DNA of 64,000 bases from Acidimicrobiia bacterium (GTDB taxonomy: Bacteria > Actinomycetota > Acidimicrobiia > Spongiisociales > Spongiisociaceae), in NCBI GenBank assembly GCA_003229305.1, contig QIDH01000093.1:9756-73755 (forward strand), in the 5' to 3' direction. The translations under genes and the position numbers were made by a program. The first letter of the stretch is position 1. Each line of letters opens with the position of its first letter. The notes under the pieces are model-generated. The model saw only the letters and a list, made by a program, of their open reading frames with translations. It did not search any database and was not told where the DNA came from. Of the stretch, positions 1 to 9,923 are shown one piece after another.

Positions 1-120
1 ATCGGTGCCCATCGATCACCGTGGATCGACCGGGGCTCTTGCACCGTGGGAGGCATCCGTCTGGCTTCGATCACGAGGCAAGCGCCAACGGGGCATCGTG
101 GTCACCGTTATGGCGATCAA

Positions 121-663
121 ATGAGCCCCGACCGTGCCGATCCTCGTGATGGTCGACCCAGCATCGTCACAATGCCGGAGGATTTCGAGGCGTTCTACCA
201 ACGCGAGTTTCGCCAAGTAGTCGCTCTCGCATACTCGCTGTCCGGTAGTCGGGTTGCCGCAGAGGACCTGGCCCAGGAGGCGTTCATCGCCGCTCACCAG
301 CAGTGGGAGAAGGTGGGCCGGTACGAGGCGCCGGGCGCATGGGTGCGCAGGGTGGTCTCGAACAAGTCGATCTCGTTGTTCAGAAGGCGCACATCTGAGG
401 TGAAGGCGGTCACCCGACTGGCGATGAGAAGACAAACCCCGCTGCCAGAGATCGCTGCCGCAGACGACGAATTCTGGAAGGTTGTGAGAGATCTGCCCAA
501 GCGCCAGGCCCAAGCTGTTGCTCTCTTCTATCTGGAGGATCGTCCGGTGGTCGAGGTTGCAGAGATCCTCGGCTGTACGGAATCAACCGCCAAGGTCCAT
601 TTGCACAAGGCTCGAAAAACTTTGGCCAAACGACTGAGGCTCGACGAAGGGGAGTTGGAATGA
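121..663 (+). CDS. ECF-type RNA polymerase sigma factor (sigma-70 region 2 and region 4)
   Basis: Translation has the region-2 motifs (FEAFYQREF...VALAYSLSGS...AEDLAQEAF) and a region-4 HTH (AQAVALFYLEDRPVVEVAEILGCTESTAKVHLHKARK). The ATG at 121 is chosen inside a longer ORF (46..663). The stop overlaps the next gene in an ATGA. Confidence 0.8.
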   Translation: MSPDRADPRDGRPSIVTMPEDFEAFYQREFRQVVALAYSLSGSRVAAEDLAQEAFIAAHQQWEKVGRYEAPGAWVRRVVSNKSISLFRRRTSEVKAVTRLAMRRQTPLPEIAAADDEFWKVVRDLPKRQAQAVALFYLEDRPVVEVAEILGCTESTAKVHLHKARKTLAKRLRLDEGELE

Positions 664-1649
664 CTCTCGATGATCGAGCTCGTCACGCCGCCGCGGCAAT
701 AAGAGAATCGGTCGGATCTGCCGAACTGATGTTGTTCGAGGCGGGTGTTCCTGGAGCGCGCAAATCGCAGAAACCGACGGTTCGGGTCAGAGCCCTGGCG
801 TTTGGGGGCGCATTCGCAGTTGTTGTATTGGTGGTCGGCCTCTCGCTGCTGCCGGGCAGACTCTTCGCCCCCGACGACTCGAACGTGGCTGGACAAGGCC
901 CTCAATCAACCGGCCAGGATGTCGTGCCTGTCCCGCCAGAAGACTCGGTTCCCTCCAACACCGTACCGTCCGACGCGGTCGCTACCCAGACTCCCAGGGG
1001 AGCTGTGGATGGCCAATTCGACCAAGCTCTGAGGCTCACGATCCTTTCGCCAGTCGACGGGGAGGAAGTCCCTGACGAATCTGTGACATTCAGCGGGACC
1101 GTCGCGCCGGGTTCGAGGGTCTATGCCAGAACTGCCGACCTCGCCGAGGCCGACGTCGACGCCAATGGCAACTGGTCGATCAGATTGCTCGTTCAAGCAC
1201 CGGCGACAACCGCCCGTTTCTTCGCCGAGGACAGAGCAGGCAACCAGTCCAGCGATGTGTTGGTGACCGTGATTTACACGCCACCTTCGCCAGACGCAAC
1301 CATTGTTCCAGATCCGCCGGAGGATGACCCGTCGGAGGGCAACGCTTCAGACGACGATCAGTCGACGTCTGAAGGGAGCCCTCCGACGGTCGCCTTCACC
1401 GCGTCGCAAGAGTTCGGGTCCGGATCGGGCGAGGCCGCATTCGACGTCTACTCAGGCACCGCTACTCCGAATGACCGTATCCGGGTCGGCTCGGAATATG
1501 GACAGGGCGGCGTGCGGGCAGACGATGAGGGGCAATGGTCGATTCGTGTGATGTTTGGCCAAGCGCCGCTCGACGAACCTTTCACCGTCACCGTCACGAA
1601 CTTGGGGACCGGCGAGTCGTTCGAGTTCGAATTCACGCTTACGTCTTGA
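660..1649 (+). CDS. Putative anti-sigma factor / membrane-anchored protein with repeated Ig-like extracytoplasmic domains
   Basis: Coupled to the sigma gene by an ATGA overlap at 660. It has a short cytoplasmic N-terminus and one TM helix (ALAFGGAFAVVVLVVGLSLL). The ectodomain repeats a motif twice (GTVAPGSRVYARTADL...GNWSIRLL and GTATPNDRIRVGSEYG...GQWSIRVMF), separated by a Pro/Asp-rich linker. Confidence 0.55.
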   Translation: MTLDDRARHAAAAIRESVGSAELMLFEAGVPGARKSQKPTVRVRALAFGGAFAVVVLVVGLSLLPGRLFAPDDSNVAGQGPQSTGQDVVPVPPEDSVPSNTVPSDAVATQTPRGAVDGQFDQALRLTILSPVDGEEVPDESVTFSGTVAPGSRVYARTADLAEADVDANGNWSIRLLVQAPATTARFFAEDRAGNQSSDVLVTVIYTPPSPDATIVPDPPEDDPSEGNASDDDQSTSEGSPPTVAFTASQEFGSGSGEAAFDVYSGTATPNDRIRVGSEYGQGGVRADDEGQWSIRVMFGQAPLDEPFTVTVTNLGTGESFEFEFTLTS

Positions 1650-1914
1650 CCTCGTTCCTGGCTCCTGTCCCTGACGCATGCCGATGATCTGGTGCACCCA
1701 CCACTAGCGCAAAAAACCTGCGCGGCCGATCTATCCTGTTGACCGAAATCCAGGGCACTTCGAACACGGAAGTCGGGGATTCTTGGCTGACGGTGTTCTG
1801 CCCCGATCCGGTCTCTGAGAGTGCGATTTGCCGGCTACTGAAATGCTGTCACGCCCTGTGGCGGCTACGACCGGGAACCCTTCGGGGTTTGGGTACGTCT
1901 CTTTTGGTATAGGC

Positions 1915-2772
1915 ATGAACTTTGGCGGGATGAGGCCAGTGAAACGGACATTATGGGGGCTGGTGGCGGTAGTCGGCTTGTTCGGCGCAGCATGCAGCCA
2001 AACTTCGCTGGACACGGCCGGCGACAGATCCACCGGATGGATTGGTCGCGCCCCGATTACCGAGGCCACCGCAGTGACCGTCTTCGGCATTTCTACGCTG
2101 CCGTCGGTTGAAGCCTTCGATCTGACGTCGGCGGGCGGGCTGAATTGGTCTAACGATGAGCTCGATTCGGTGGTGGCAGACGGAGGAGGCGAAAGCCCGT
2201 CGCAGATTCTCGCCACGATCTGGGCGCACAGCTCTGGGGTTGATGAGTTCGTCCAGGCTCCAAGGGTGGATATCTCTAGCGGGATCCCCGGAATCAAGTT
2301 TCCGGGTGCGGTGCCGAGCGGGGTCAATTACGTGACCAGTCAGGTCGTTTTCCGACTTTCTGGTGGGACGCTAGGCGATCCTTGGTTTGTCGCGTTTGGT
2401 CTCTGGGATGTGCCCCCGTATTCGGAGCGCCGCGAGGAATCTCAGTCCGCAGTCCTGCTGGTCGGCCCAAACCCGGATACGTCGGCCGAGGCGAGCAGAC
2501 GACTTTGCCCAGTGACGCAGATCGAAGACGCTCTCTCCTGCGAGGAAGTCGAGCTCGTGAGTGGCAGGGCGGCTCTCGTCCAGGTCGAGGATGGGGTTCG
2601 ACTGCAGTGGGCCGAGGGCTCGTTCCGCTATCAACTCTTCTACCGAGAGCCTTCCGATCCGAGCCTGCCTGCTCTTGTCGCGGAGAGTTTGGTTGAATTG
2701 GCGAGTCTTGATGACCAGGCTTTCGAGGCGTACAGGCGGGTTGCTGATCTAGCCGACAGCGCCACTGGCTGA
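1915..2772 (+). CDS. Secreted protein or lipoprotein, hypothetical
   Basis: Signal peptide MNFGGMRPVKRTLWGLVAVVGLFGAACSQ with a lipobox-like GAAC. An ATG was chosen inside ORF 1828..2772. No recognisable catalytic motif. Confidence 0.5.
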   Translation: MNFGGMRPVKRTLWGLVAVVGLFGAACSQTSLDTAGDRSTGWIGRAPITEATAVTVFGISTLPSVEAFDLTSAGGLNWSNDELDSVVADGGGESPSQILATIWAHSSGVDEFVQAPRVDISSGIPGIKFPGAVPSGVNYVTSQVVFRLSGGTLGDPWFVAFGLWDVPPYSERREESQSAVLLVGPNPDTSAEASRRLCPVTQIEDALSCEEVELVSGRAALVQVEDGVRLQWAEGSFRYQLFYREPSDPSLPALVAESLVELASLDDQAFEAYRRVADLADSATG

Positions 2773-2999
2773 TTGAGCCGGACAAGACGGACCGTGAGTG
2801 CCCACGTTACAGACCGGTCCAGGTCCAGCTGAACTCCCCGTAAGCTGTTGGTTCGCGATCCAGGGGGATCCACATCTTTCATAGCGGTTGGTGGTCGTAC
2901 CTTCAGTACGACGAAGACCAAAAGAAGCCAGACATCGACCGCGCTCTGCTGCGGAGGGTTTTCGCTTATGGTCGGCCCTACCGGGGCCTGCTGTGGGGC

Positions 3000-4781
3000 G
3001 TGCTCGGCACGATCCTGATTATCTCGAGCTTGAGCGTGGTCCCAGCCTTGCTGATCAGGAGGTTGCTCGATGAGGCCCTCCCGGCCAAAGATCTCGGACT
3101 GCTGACCTGGCTGGGGATCGGGATGGTCTCTGTTCCCCTCATCAACGCCATCGTCGGGTCGGTGCAGCGGTGGATGTCGTCGAAGGCGGGCGAGGGCATC
3201 ATCTACGACCTGCGAAGGGCTCTGTACAGCCACGTGCAAGGCATGTCGCTGCGTTTCTTCACCGCAACCAAGACCGGCGAACTCGTTTCCAGAATCGACA
3301 ATGACGTGGTCGGGGCGCAGTCGGCGATCACCGGGACATTCGTGACGATCGTGTCGAACATCGTCTCGCTCACCGTGATCCTGGTCGTGATGTTAGGTGC
3401 CGATTGGCGGCTGACCCTGTTGGCAGTGGCTGCCCTTCCGCTGTTCGTGCTTCCTGCCCGTCGCGTCGGAAAGATATTGCGCAAGGTCACGCAGCAACAG
3501 ATGGAACACAACGCGTCGATGGGCGCCATTCTGCACGAGACCTTCAACGTCTCAGGGGCGTTGTTAGTGAAGTTGTTCAACCGGGGAGACACCGAAACCG
3601 AGAAGTTCTCGACCGAGGCGGCCGCGGTGCGGGACCTGGGAGTAAGACGCGCCACGATTGGGAGGTGGTTCTTCGCCGCCCTCGGCCTGGTGAGCGCCTT
3701 TGGCACGGCTGCGGTGTTCTGGGTGGGTGGCTACCTGGTGATAAGGGGCGGTCTAACCGTTGGCACGGTCGTCATGTTCTCGGCCCTGTTGCCCCAGCTC
3801 TACGGGCCTCTGGCGGCCATGTCGAACGCCAGAGTCGAATTTGCGACGTCACTTGTTTCGTTCGAACGTGTTTTCGATGTACTCGACTTGGAACACGACA
3901 TCAGAGAGGTGGAGGATCCGATCGACATTGATCGCCTGCAAGGCGCGGTCACCTTTGATCATGTGTTCTTTCGGTACCAGACCGACGGGCCGGTAGGGCT
4001 CGAAGCCGTCAAGAGGTATCACCCTGTTGCCGACAAGGACAAGTCGACGCCGCAAGGCTCCAGTCGAGAGTGGGCCTTGGAAGACGTCAGTTTTTCCATT
4101 GAGGCGGGCTCATTGACGGCTCTGGTTGGGCCGAGTGGCGCTGGAAAGACGACCATCAGCTACCTGGTTCCGCGACTCTACGACGTGCAACGTGGTCAGA
4201 TCTGCATCGACGGTCATGACCTGCGGAAGATGAAGCAGAGCGACGTTGCTGCCGGGATCGGGGTTGTGACTCAGGAGACGTATCTGTTCCACGACACGAT
4301 TGGTGCCAACCTGAGGTACGCCAAAACGGACGCGACGCTGGAAGAACTCGAGGCTGCCACTCGGGCGGCCAACATCTATTCGATGATCGAGTCTCTGCCC
4401 GAAGGATTCGATACGGTGGTCGGTGAACGTGGATATCGTCTTTCCGGAGGCGAAAAGCAGCGGCTTGCCATCGCAAGGGTCATTCTCAAGAACCCCCAAG
4501 TACTGATTTTGGACGAGGCAACGTCGCACCTCGATTCGCACTCCGAGGCGCTGATCCAAGAGGCGTTGGAGACCCTGCTCGTTGGCCGCACGGCCTTGGT
4601 GATCGCCCACCGTCTGTCGACGGTGCTGTCGGCGGACAACATTTTGGTGGTCGACAAAGGTCGATTGGTCGAACAGGGCTCTCATGGCCAGCTGCTCGCC
4701 GCCGATGGCCTATACGCGGACCTCTACAGAACGCAATTCCGCCACGAAATGGCCTCCGCTGAGGTAGGCGATCAGTCGTAG
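3000..4781 (+). CDS. ABC exporter, fused permease and ATPase (MsbA/MdlB-like)
   Basis: Six-TM exporter domain followed by Walker A (GPSGAGKTT), ABC signature (LSGGEKQRLAIAR) and Walker B (LILDEAT). The conserved N-terminal exporter block (DRALLRRVFAYGRPYRGLLWGV) lies upstream of the first available start codon (GTG at 3000). Confidence 0.85.
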   Translation: MLGTILIISSLSVVPALLIRRLLDEALPAKDLGLLTWLGIGMVSVPLINAIVGSVQRWMSSKAGEGIIYDLRRALYSHVQGMSLRFFTATKTGELVSRIDNDVVGAQSAITGTFVTIVSNIVSLTVILVVMLGADWRLTLLAVAALPLFVLPARRVGKILRKVTQQQMEHNASMGAILHETFNVSGALLVKLFNRGDTETEKFSTEAAAVRDLGVRRATIGRWFFAALGLVSAFGTAAVFWVGGYLVIRGGLTVGTVVMFSALLPQLYGPLAAMSNARVEFATSLVSFERVFDVLDLEHDIREVEDPIDIDRLQGAVTFDHVFFRYQTDGPVGLEAVKRYHPVADKDKSTPQGSSREWALEDVSFSIEAGSLTALVGPSGAGKTTISYLVPRLYDVQRGQICIDGHDLRKMKQSDVAAGIGVVTQETYLFHDTIGANLRYAKTDATLEELEAATRAANIYSMIESLPEGFDTVVGERGYRLSGGEKQRLAIARVILKNPQVLILDEATSHLDSHSEALIQEALETLLVGRTALVIAHRLSTVLSADNILVVDKGRLVEQGSHGQLLAADGLYADLYRTQFRHEMASAEVGDQS

Positions 4782-4806
4782 AAAGTTTGAGGATCTCCTG
4801 GGCTGT

Positions 4807-5220
4807 TCAGGCGCCGTCGAGGAGGTGCCGGGTGAGCCATGGTGAACCGTGCGCGAGCAATAGAAATTCGCCGTCGTGAGCCAGCCACAGTCCATCGGCG
4901 CCCTGGAGCCAAACTGCTTCAGGAATCCACCGGAAGATCCTCTTCGCCTTGGCGTTGGGTGGCCGATATGCGAGGACTTCTTTGGCCGGTGCACCGAGCG
5001 CACCGAGCGCCGAGACCAGGTCGAAGTCTCCAAATAGGCGAGCGAGGCCGACCCGACCTGTAACCGGACCATGCGAATCACGAAACAACAACTCACGACA
5101 ATTCCCGCAAGCGACGACTGCCAGTCCTTCGTACATTTCGGTTCTGTGCAGGCAAGGGCCAAACGGAGAAGCCAGCCTTTCTGGGCGCCTACCGGTTGAT
5201 GGGAAAGTCAATGTCTTCAT
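4807..5220 (-). CDS. Hypothetical protein
   Basis: Protein-like ORF convergent with the ABC gene (...ELLFRDSHGPVTGRVGLARLFGDFDLVSALGA...WLAHDGEFLLLAHGSPW). Start taken at the internal MKTL. No family recognised. Confidence 0.25.
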   Translation of the reverse strand: MKTLTFPSTGRRPERLASPFGPCLHRTEMYEGLAVVACGNCRELLFRDSHGPVTGRVGLARLFGDFDLVSALGALGAPAKEVLAYRPPNAKAKRIFRWIPEAVWLQGADGLWLAHDGEFLLLAHGSPWLTRHLLDGA

Positions 5221-5312
5221 GACCCCACATTGACATGCGCCTGTGACAGAAACCGTGTCTACCGGGTTCGTGTTGCGTTGACTGGATCGATCGGGGCGTC
5301 GAACATGGGGCC

Positions 5313-5795
5313 ATGCCCATACGATTCCGCACCAGACGTTTGGCGCTGGCAACGCTGCTACTGCTGGGCGCCTGTGGCACGCAGGTCACCAACTCCCAGA
5401 ACGGTGAGCCGTCGACCGTCGGTGCGATAGTGGATTCGAGCCTGTCGACCACCGTGGCCGCCGGGGGTGGTGGCGGCGCGCCCGTCGGCAAGTGTGCGGA
5501 CGTCGTGGGCGTAGAAATCGATGTAGAGGCTGAGGGGACGTTCAACTTTTCTGTGACAGTGAGCTCTGATGAGACCGGATGGGATAAATACGCAGACGCG
5601 TGGGAGGTGCGGACCACCGACGGCGAAGTTCTCGCCGAACGCATTCTGGCGCATCCGCACGAAAACGAACAACCGTTCACGAGAAGCCTCGGCGGCGTAA
5701 AAATGCCAGACGGGACGATTGAGGTCGTCGTAGTCGCCCGTGACTCGGTTCTGGGGTTCTGTGGCGCCGCCTACTCGGTTTCGATTCCCGGTTGA
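5313..5795 (+). CDS. Lipoprotein, hypothetical
   Basis: Signal peptide with lipobox (LLLLGAC), a Gly-rich linker and a beta-rich body. No known motif. Confidence 0.55.
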   Translation: MPIRFRTRRLALATLLLLGACGTQVTNSQNGEPSTVGAIVDSSLSTTVAAGGGGGAPVGKCADVVGVEIDVEAEGTFNFSVTVSSDETGWDKYADAWEVRTTDGEVLAERILAHPHENEQPFTRSLGGVKMPDGTIEVVVVARDSVLGFCGAAYSVSIPG

Positions 5796-6310
5796 TCTCC
5801 AGGACCCGAAGGGTATTCCGCGTCGATCGCCTCCCTGGTCGGGGCAGGAATCAGCAGCACCGGGAGCTTCGAGTCCGCAGTGACCTTCATAGACACGCTT
5901 GTCCACGCCGCTTCGGTGAAGAGCCGCCTCGTCGCCCCCATGATGATGAGGTCGGCTCCGACGTCCGAAGCGACGCCCACGATGGCGGTGGCCGGATCAG
6001 ACGCGTCGACAAAGACTGTTTCCACGACAAAGCCGCCATTGGACAATGCTGTAACCACGGGTTCGACCAGGCGTTTTCCTCGCTCGTCGACGTAGCGCTG
6101 GATCGCAGACTCGTCCCCTTCTGGAGTCACGTCAGGATCGAATGGGCGCCATGACTCGGTTTCGATGTCCTCGAGGAAGTCGCGCGGCACTTCGATAACG
6201 CTCATGACGGTTACCCCAGCGTCGTCTTGCCCGACCAACAGTTGGGCAAACTCGACGACGGGGCCAGGCGGCAAGACCCCTGCGGTGGTCACGAGTACGT
6301 GCACATACAC
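5771..6310 (-). CDS. Universal stress protein (UspA family)
   Basis: Has the Usp blocks (VYVHVLVTT...; VDASDPATAIVGVASDVGADLIIMGATRR; SKLPVLLIP). The longer ORF to 6391 adds an Arg-rich tail that looks non-native. Start set at the in-frame GTG at 6310; TTG at 6313 is also possible. Confidence 0.6.
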   Translation of the reverse strand: MYVHVLVTTAGVLPPGPVVEFAQLLVGQDDAGVTVMSVIEVPRDFLEDIETESWRPFDPDVTPEGDESAIQRYVDERGKRLVEPVVTALSNGGFVVETVFVDASDPATAIVGVASDVGADLIIMGATRRLFTEAAWTSVSMKVTADSKLPVLLIPAPTREAIDAEYPSGPGDQPGIETE

Positions 6311-6564
6311 CAATCTACGCGTTTGTCGCGTGTGTGTCGATCGCGTCCGACAGATCCTGCGCCGGCTCCGCCGCATAGGAGGCGAGGCCATCGAACCGGA
6401 CAGCTCAAAGCGGCCTGCGGGGGAGGCGAGAGGAGAGACGGTGCATCTGCGGTGGGCCTGGTTGAGCCCATCCGCCGTTTCCCTGAGGTTGCCAAGTCAT
6501 GAACATTGGCGAAACTGGGCTCGCAAGCTGGGTAGTTTGTGCGCAGACCAAATACGATGGGACC

Positions 6565-7269
6565 ATGATCATGTCGACCGAACCTCGCCAAAGAGTGCTG
6601 GTTGTAGACGACGAACCGATGGTCAGGGAAGTCGTTTCCAACTACCTGCAGCGAGATGGCTTCAGTGTGCAGTCCGTCGGCGACGGCGGCGCGGCGATAG
6701 AGGCCATCAACGATTCAGAACCCGACCTCGTGGTGTTGGATGTGATGCTGCCGACCGTCGATGGTCTAACCGTCCTGCGCCGGCTGCGTGAACACTCAGA
6801 TGTTCCGGTCATTCTGCTCACCGCCAGAGGAGGCGAGGCAGACAGGGTGCTCGGGCTGGAGCTCGGAGCGGATGACTACGTTCCGAAGCCTTTCTCGCCC
6901 CGCGAGCTCGCCGCCAGAGTCCGGTCGGTTCTGCGACGCACGGCCCCGACCTCGAACCAGGAAATGGGCGTCCGACAATTCGGAGACCTTGTAGTGGATC
7001 CGATCAAGCGGCTTGTGACGAGGGCGGGCGAAGAGGTCTCTCTGACCCGACGTGAATTCGAACTACTGGTGTTCATGACCGGCTCTCCCGGCCAAGTTTT
7101 TTCGCGCGCCCAGCTACTCGAAAACGTGTGGGATTCTTCGGTCGAGTGGCAAGATCCGGCCACGGTCACGGTTCACGTTCGACGACTCCGTCAAAAGCTC
7201 GAATCTGATCCGGAAGATCCCGAGCGGATTGTGACCGTGTGGGGCGTGGGTTACAGGTTCCAGCCATGA
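6565..7269 (+). CDS. Response regulator, OmpR/PhoB family
   Basis: Receiver domain (VLVVDDEPMVRE...DLVVLDVMLP...) followed by a winged-helix output (TRREFELLVFMTGSPGQVFSRAQLLENVW...TVWGVGYRF). Confidence 0.85.
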   Translation: MIMSTEPRQRVLVVDDEPMVREVVSNYLQRDGFSVQSVGDGGAAIEAINDSEPDLVVLDVMLPTVDGLTVLRRLREHSDVPVILLTARGGEADRVLGLELGADDYVPKPFSPRELAARVRSVLRRTAPTSNQEMGVRQFGDLVVDPIKRLVTRAGEEVSLTRREFELLVFMTGSPGQVFSRAQLLENVWDSSVEWQDPATVTVHVRRLRQKLESDPEDPERIVTVWGVGYRFQP

Positions 7270-8444
7270 AGATCGTTGGCGGACTTCTGGGAGCGCTGGC
7301 CGTTGTGGTCCTTGCGACCGAAATCACTATGCGGCCGTCGCCAGGCGACCGTCAGATGCTCATCGCCATCTACGTTGGTTCCGCGGTCGCGACTCTGGCC
7401 ACGATCATCATTCTGCGCTGGTTCATACCTAAGGCCAGGTCAATCCGTCTAACCGTGTTCGCGATTGCAGCGTCTGCGGTGGCAGTTGCGGCTGTCACCA
7501 TCGCATTGTCTTCAGGGCTGATGTTCTCTTCACCTCATGATCTTCGACTGCTTGTCGTGGCGATGGCGCTTGGCGCCCTGCTCGCAGTGGTGCTGTCGCT
7601 GTCGGTGGGCGGATCCTTGACGAGGGACCTGGAGCGTATGGCGCGGGTCGCCGAGCAGGTCGGCAGCGGAGATCGTGCTTCTCGTACCGGAGTTGCTCGG
7701 CGGGACGAGGTTGGAGTAGTGGCGGGAGCGCTGGACGGGATGGTGGCCAGTCTCGAAGAGGCCGACTCCCTGCGGCGCCAGACCGAAGAGGCGAGGGCCC
7801 ACTTCTTGGCTGCAATCTCCCATGATCTCCGGACACCCTTGGCGTCGCTCCAGGCTGCAGTCGAGGCACTGGAAGACAACCTCGTCGACGATATCCCTCG
7901 GTACCACAGGGCGATGAGACGCGACATTGAACTACTAGGTGGTCTGATCGACGATCTGTTCTTGCTGACCAGACTGGAAGCCGGCGACCTCGATCTCGTC
8001 AGGGAGTCTGTCGATCTGGCGGAACTTGCAGATGAGGCAGTCGAGGTCATGGTCCCGCTCGCAGGTCGCAGCGATGTGGAACTCAAACTCGAGGCCAGCG
8101 GCGTCGTAAGGACCATCGGAGCACCAGATGCGTTGACCAGGGTGATCCGCAATCTCATCGACAACGCGATCCGGTATGCGCCGCCGGACTCCGTCGTGCG
8201 GGTGAACGTTGCCAATGGAGGCTCGGCGCGGGTGGAAGTGACCGACGAAGGGACGGGGTTTGAGCCGGAGTTCGTCCACGAGGCTTTCGACACCTTTACC
8301 AAGGCCGACGCCGCCCGCACCAGGGAGGCGGGAGGCGCTGGATTGGGCCTAGCGATTGCCAGGGGCCTGATAGAAGCCCATGGTGGGACAATCTGGGCAG
8401 ATTCCGGTCCAGGCGGGCGGGTCACGTTTCAACTACCCGGTTGA
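7266..8444 (+). CDS. Sensor histidine kinase (HisKA and HATPase_c), intramembrane-sensing type
   Basis: Start ATG overlaps the regulator's stop in an ATGA at 7266. It has TM helices with very short loops, a HAMP-like segment, an H-box (AAISHDLRTPLASL), an N-box (IRNLIDNAIRYAP) and a G-box (GGAGLGLAIARGL). Confidence 0.85.
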   Translation: MKIVGGLLGALAVVVLATEITMRPSPGDRQMLIAIYVGSAVATLATIIILRWFIPKARSIRLTVFAIAASAVAVAAVTIALSSGLMFSSPHDLRLLVVAMALGALLAVVLSLSVGGSLTRDLERMARVAEQVGSGDRASRTGVARRDEVGVVAGALDGMVASLEEADSLRRQTEEARAHFLAAISHDLRTPLASLQAAVEALEDNLVDDIPRYHRAMRRDIELLGGLIDDLFLLTRLEAGDLDLVRESVDLAELADEAVEVMVPLAGRSDVELKLEASGVVRTIGAPDALTRVIRNLIDNAIRYAPPDSVVRVNVANGGSARVEVTDEGTGFEPEFVHEAFDTFTKADAARTREAGGAGLGLAIARGLIEAHGGTIWADSGPGGRVTFQLPG

Positions 8445-8452
8445 GGACCGTT

Positions 8453-8887
8453 TCAGAGTTTCTGGTTTGGGACGTGACGGACACGACCCCTGAATAGGCC
8501 AATCATTTCACCGTCCTGGTTGGCGACGGAAACGTCGTACACCCCGGTCCTGCCGGTTGTGACCTGTTCGCGGGCGGTGGCAGTGAGAAGGTCGCCTTTT
8601 CTCCCGGGCCGCACCCATGTCATGTCTGCGCTAACTGCGTATGCCGCGGTGTCGCGAGTGTTCGAGGCGAGGGCCATGGCCGTGTCGGCCAGGGTAAAAA
8701 TCAAGCCTCCGTGACAGACTTCGAGGCCGTTGAGCATGTCGTCCCTGACCGTCATCGTGACGATCGCCCCGCCGGGTGTTGTCGCGGACACGTTCATCCC
8801 GAGCGCTGTAGACGCCCGATCGTTCCACCATGTATGCGGGTCCATCTTGGCATGCGGGTCCGTCTTGCTGTCTCGTGAGTCTGGCAT
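8453..8887 (-). CDS. PaaI/YbgC-type hotdog-fold thioesterase
   Basis: Hotdog thioesterase motif CHGGLIFTLADTAMALASNT. N-terminus trimmed to an internal Met. Confidence 0.6.
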   Translation of the reverse strand: MPDSRDSKTDPHAKMDPHTWWNDRASTALGMNVSATTPGGAIVTMTVRDDMLNGLEVCHGGLIFTLADTAMALASNTRDTAAYAVSADMTWVRPGRKGDLLTATAREQVTTGRTGVYDVSVANQDGEMIGLFRGRVRHVPNQKL

Positions 8888-9136
8888 CGGACGATCATAG
8901 ATACTTGGCAAGAGAGTCTCCTTCATCGCGCCGTGCACGGTCCCGCTCCCTGACAGGCACGTCGACCCCATCGATGGTCTGCGCCACCCACCCGCGCCAT
9001 CTGGCACCCGTCGAGGTGCAATCAGAACGGCGGGCAACGGCCGGAGGCCCCTGAACCCGGCAGCGCAGGCGAAATCGTTGGTCGCCCTATCGCTCGAATC
9101 GCTCGCCTACAGTGCCGGTCGAGACTGGGAGGTTTT

Positions 9137-9907
9137 GTGGACGCGCGTGTTGATGACAAAGTCGTTTTGGTCACAGGAGCAAGTCGTGGCATCGGCGAGG
9201 CAGTGGCCTCCCAGTTCTTGGCATCTGGCGCAAGAGGGGTGGTCATCACCAGCCGCAAGGCCGACAATGTGGCAGCCGCCGCAGCACGGCTCGGCGAGAG
9301 CGATCGAATCCTGGCTCTTGTGGCCCGATCAGACTCTGTCGACGATGCGGATCGGGCTGTTGGCGCTGCGGTCGAGACGTTTGGGGCGTGCGACATCCTC
9401 GTCAACAACGCAGGCACCAACGCCGCCCCAGGCAACCTCGTGGAAGTCGATCTCGGGGCGGTCGACAAGACGTGGGAGGTCAATCAGCGAGGCCCGCTGG
9501 TCTACACGCAGGCCGTGTGGCGGGGGTGGATGGAGAAAAACGGAGGGGTGATCTGTAACGTGGCTTCGGTGGGGGGGATGCGCCCCAGCCCGATTCTTGG
9601 GGCCTACAACATTTCTAAAGCTGCATTGATATTCATGACTCGCCAACTGGCTTTCGAACTCGCCCCCCGCATACGTGTCAATGCAGTCGCGCCGGCCGTC
9701 GTCAAAACTCGCATGTCGGCCCTTCTGTGGGAGGCGGACGAATCGGCTGCCGCGGCGAGCCACCCTTTGGGGAGACTTGGGGAGCCGGATGACATCGCAA
9801 ATGCGGTCGTATTCCTTTGTTCCGAGCAGGCCTCATGGGTCACGGGCGTGGTCATGGAGGTGGACGGTGGAGCGGTGCATGCTTCGTCGATTGTGACCGC
9901 TCCTTGA
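9137..9907 (+). CDS. Short-chain dehydrogenase/reductase (SDR) family oxidoreductase
   Basis: GTG start. Has TGASRGIG (cofactor-binding Gly motif), NNAG, and the catalytic YxxxK context (YNISKAA). Confidence 0.85.
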   Translation: MDARVDDKVVLVTGASRGIGEAVASQFLASGARGVVITSRKADNVAAAAARLGESDRILALVARSDSVDDADRAVGAAVETFGACDILVNNAGTNAAPGNLVEVDLGAVDKTWEVNQRGPLVYTQAVWRGWMEKNGGVICNVASVGGMRPSPILGAYNISKAALIFMTRQLAFELAPRIRVNAVAPAVVKTRMSALLWEADESAAAASHPLGRLGEPDDIANAVVFLCSEQASWVTGVVMEVDGGAVHASSIVTAP

Positions 9908-9923
9908 GAAGGAGGGCGGCCGG

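Noticed and set aside
6391-6500. Arg-rich N-terminal extensions on long ORFs (e.g. Usp to 6391, PucR-like to 44327, PaaI to 9037, NarX-like to 24889).
   Set aside because: The extensions lack domain content, are compositionally biased, and often overlap neighbouring genes. Starts were trimmed to internal ATG or GTG codons consistent with domain boundaries or overlap coupling.
7535-8425. 296-aa minus-strand ORF inside the histidine kinase gene.
   Set aside because: Antisense to a gene with clear H/N/G boxes. The translation is Ser/Ala/Arg-rich low complexity, typical of spurious high-GC ORFs.
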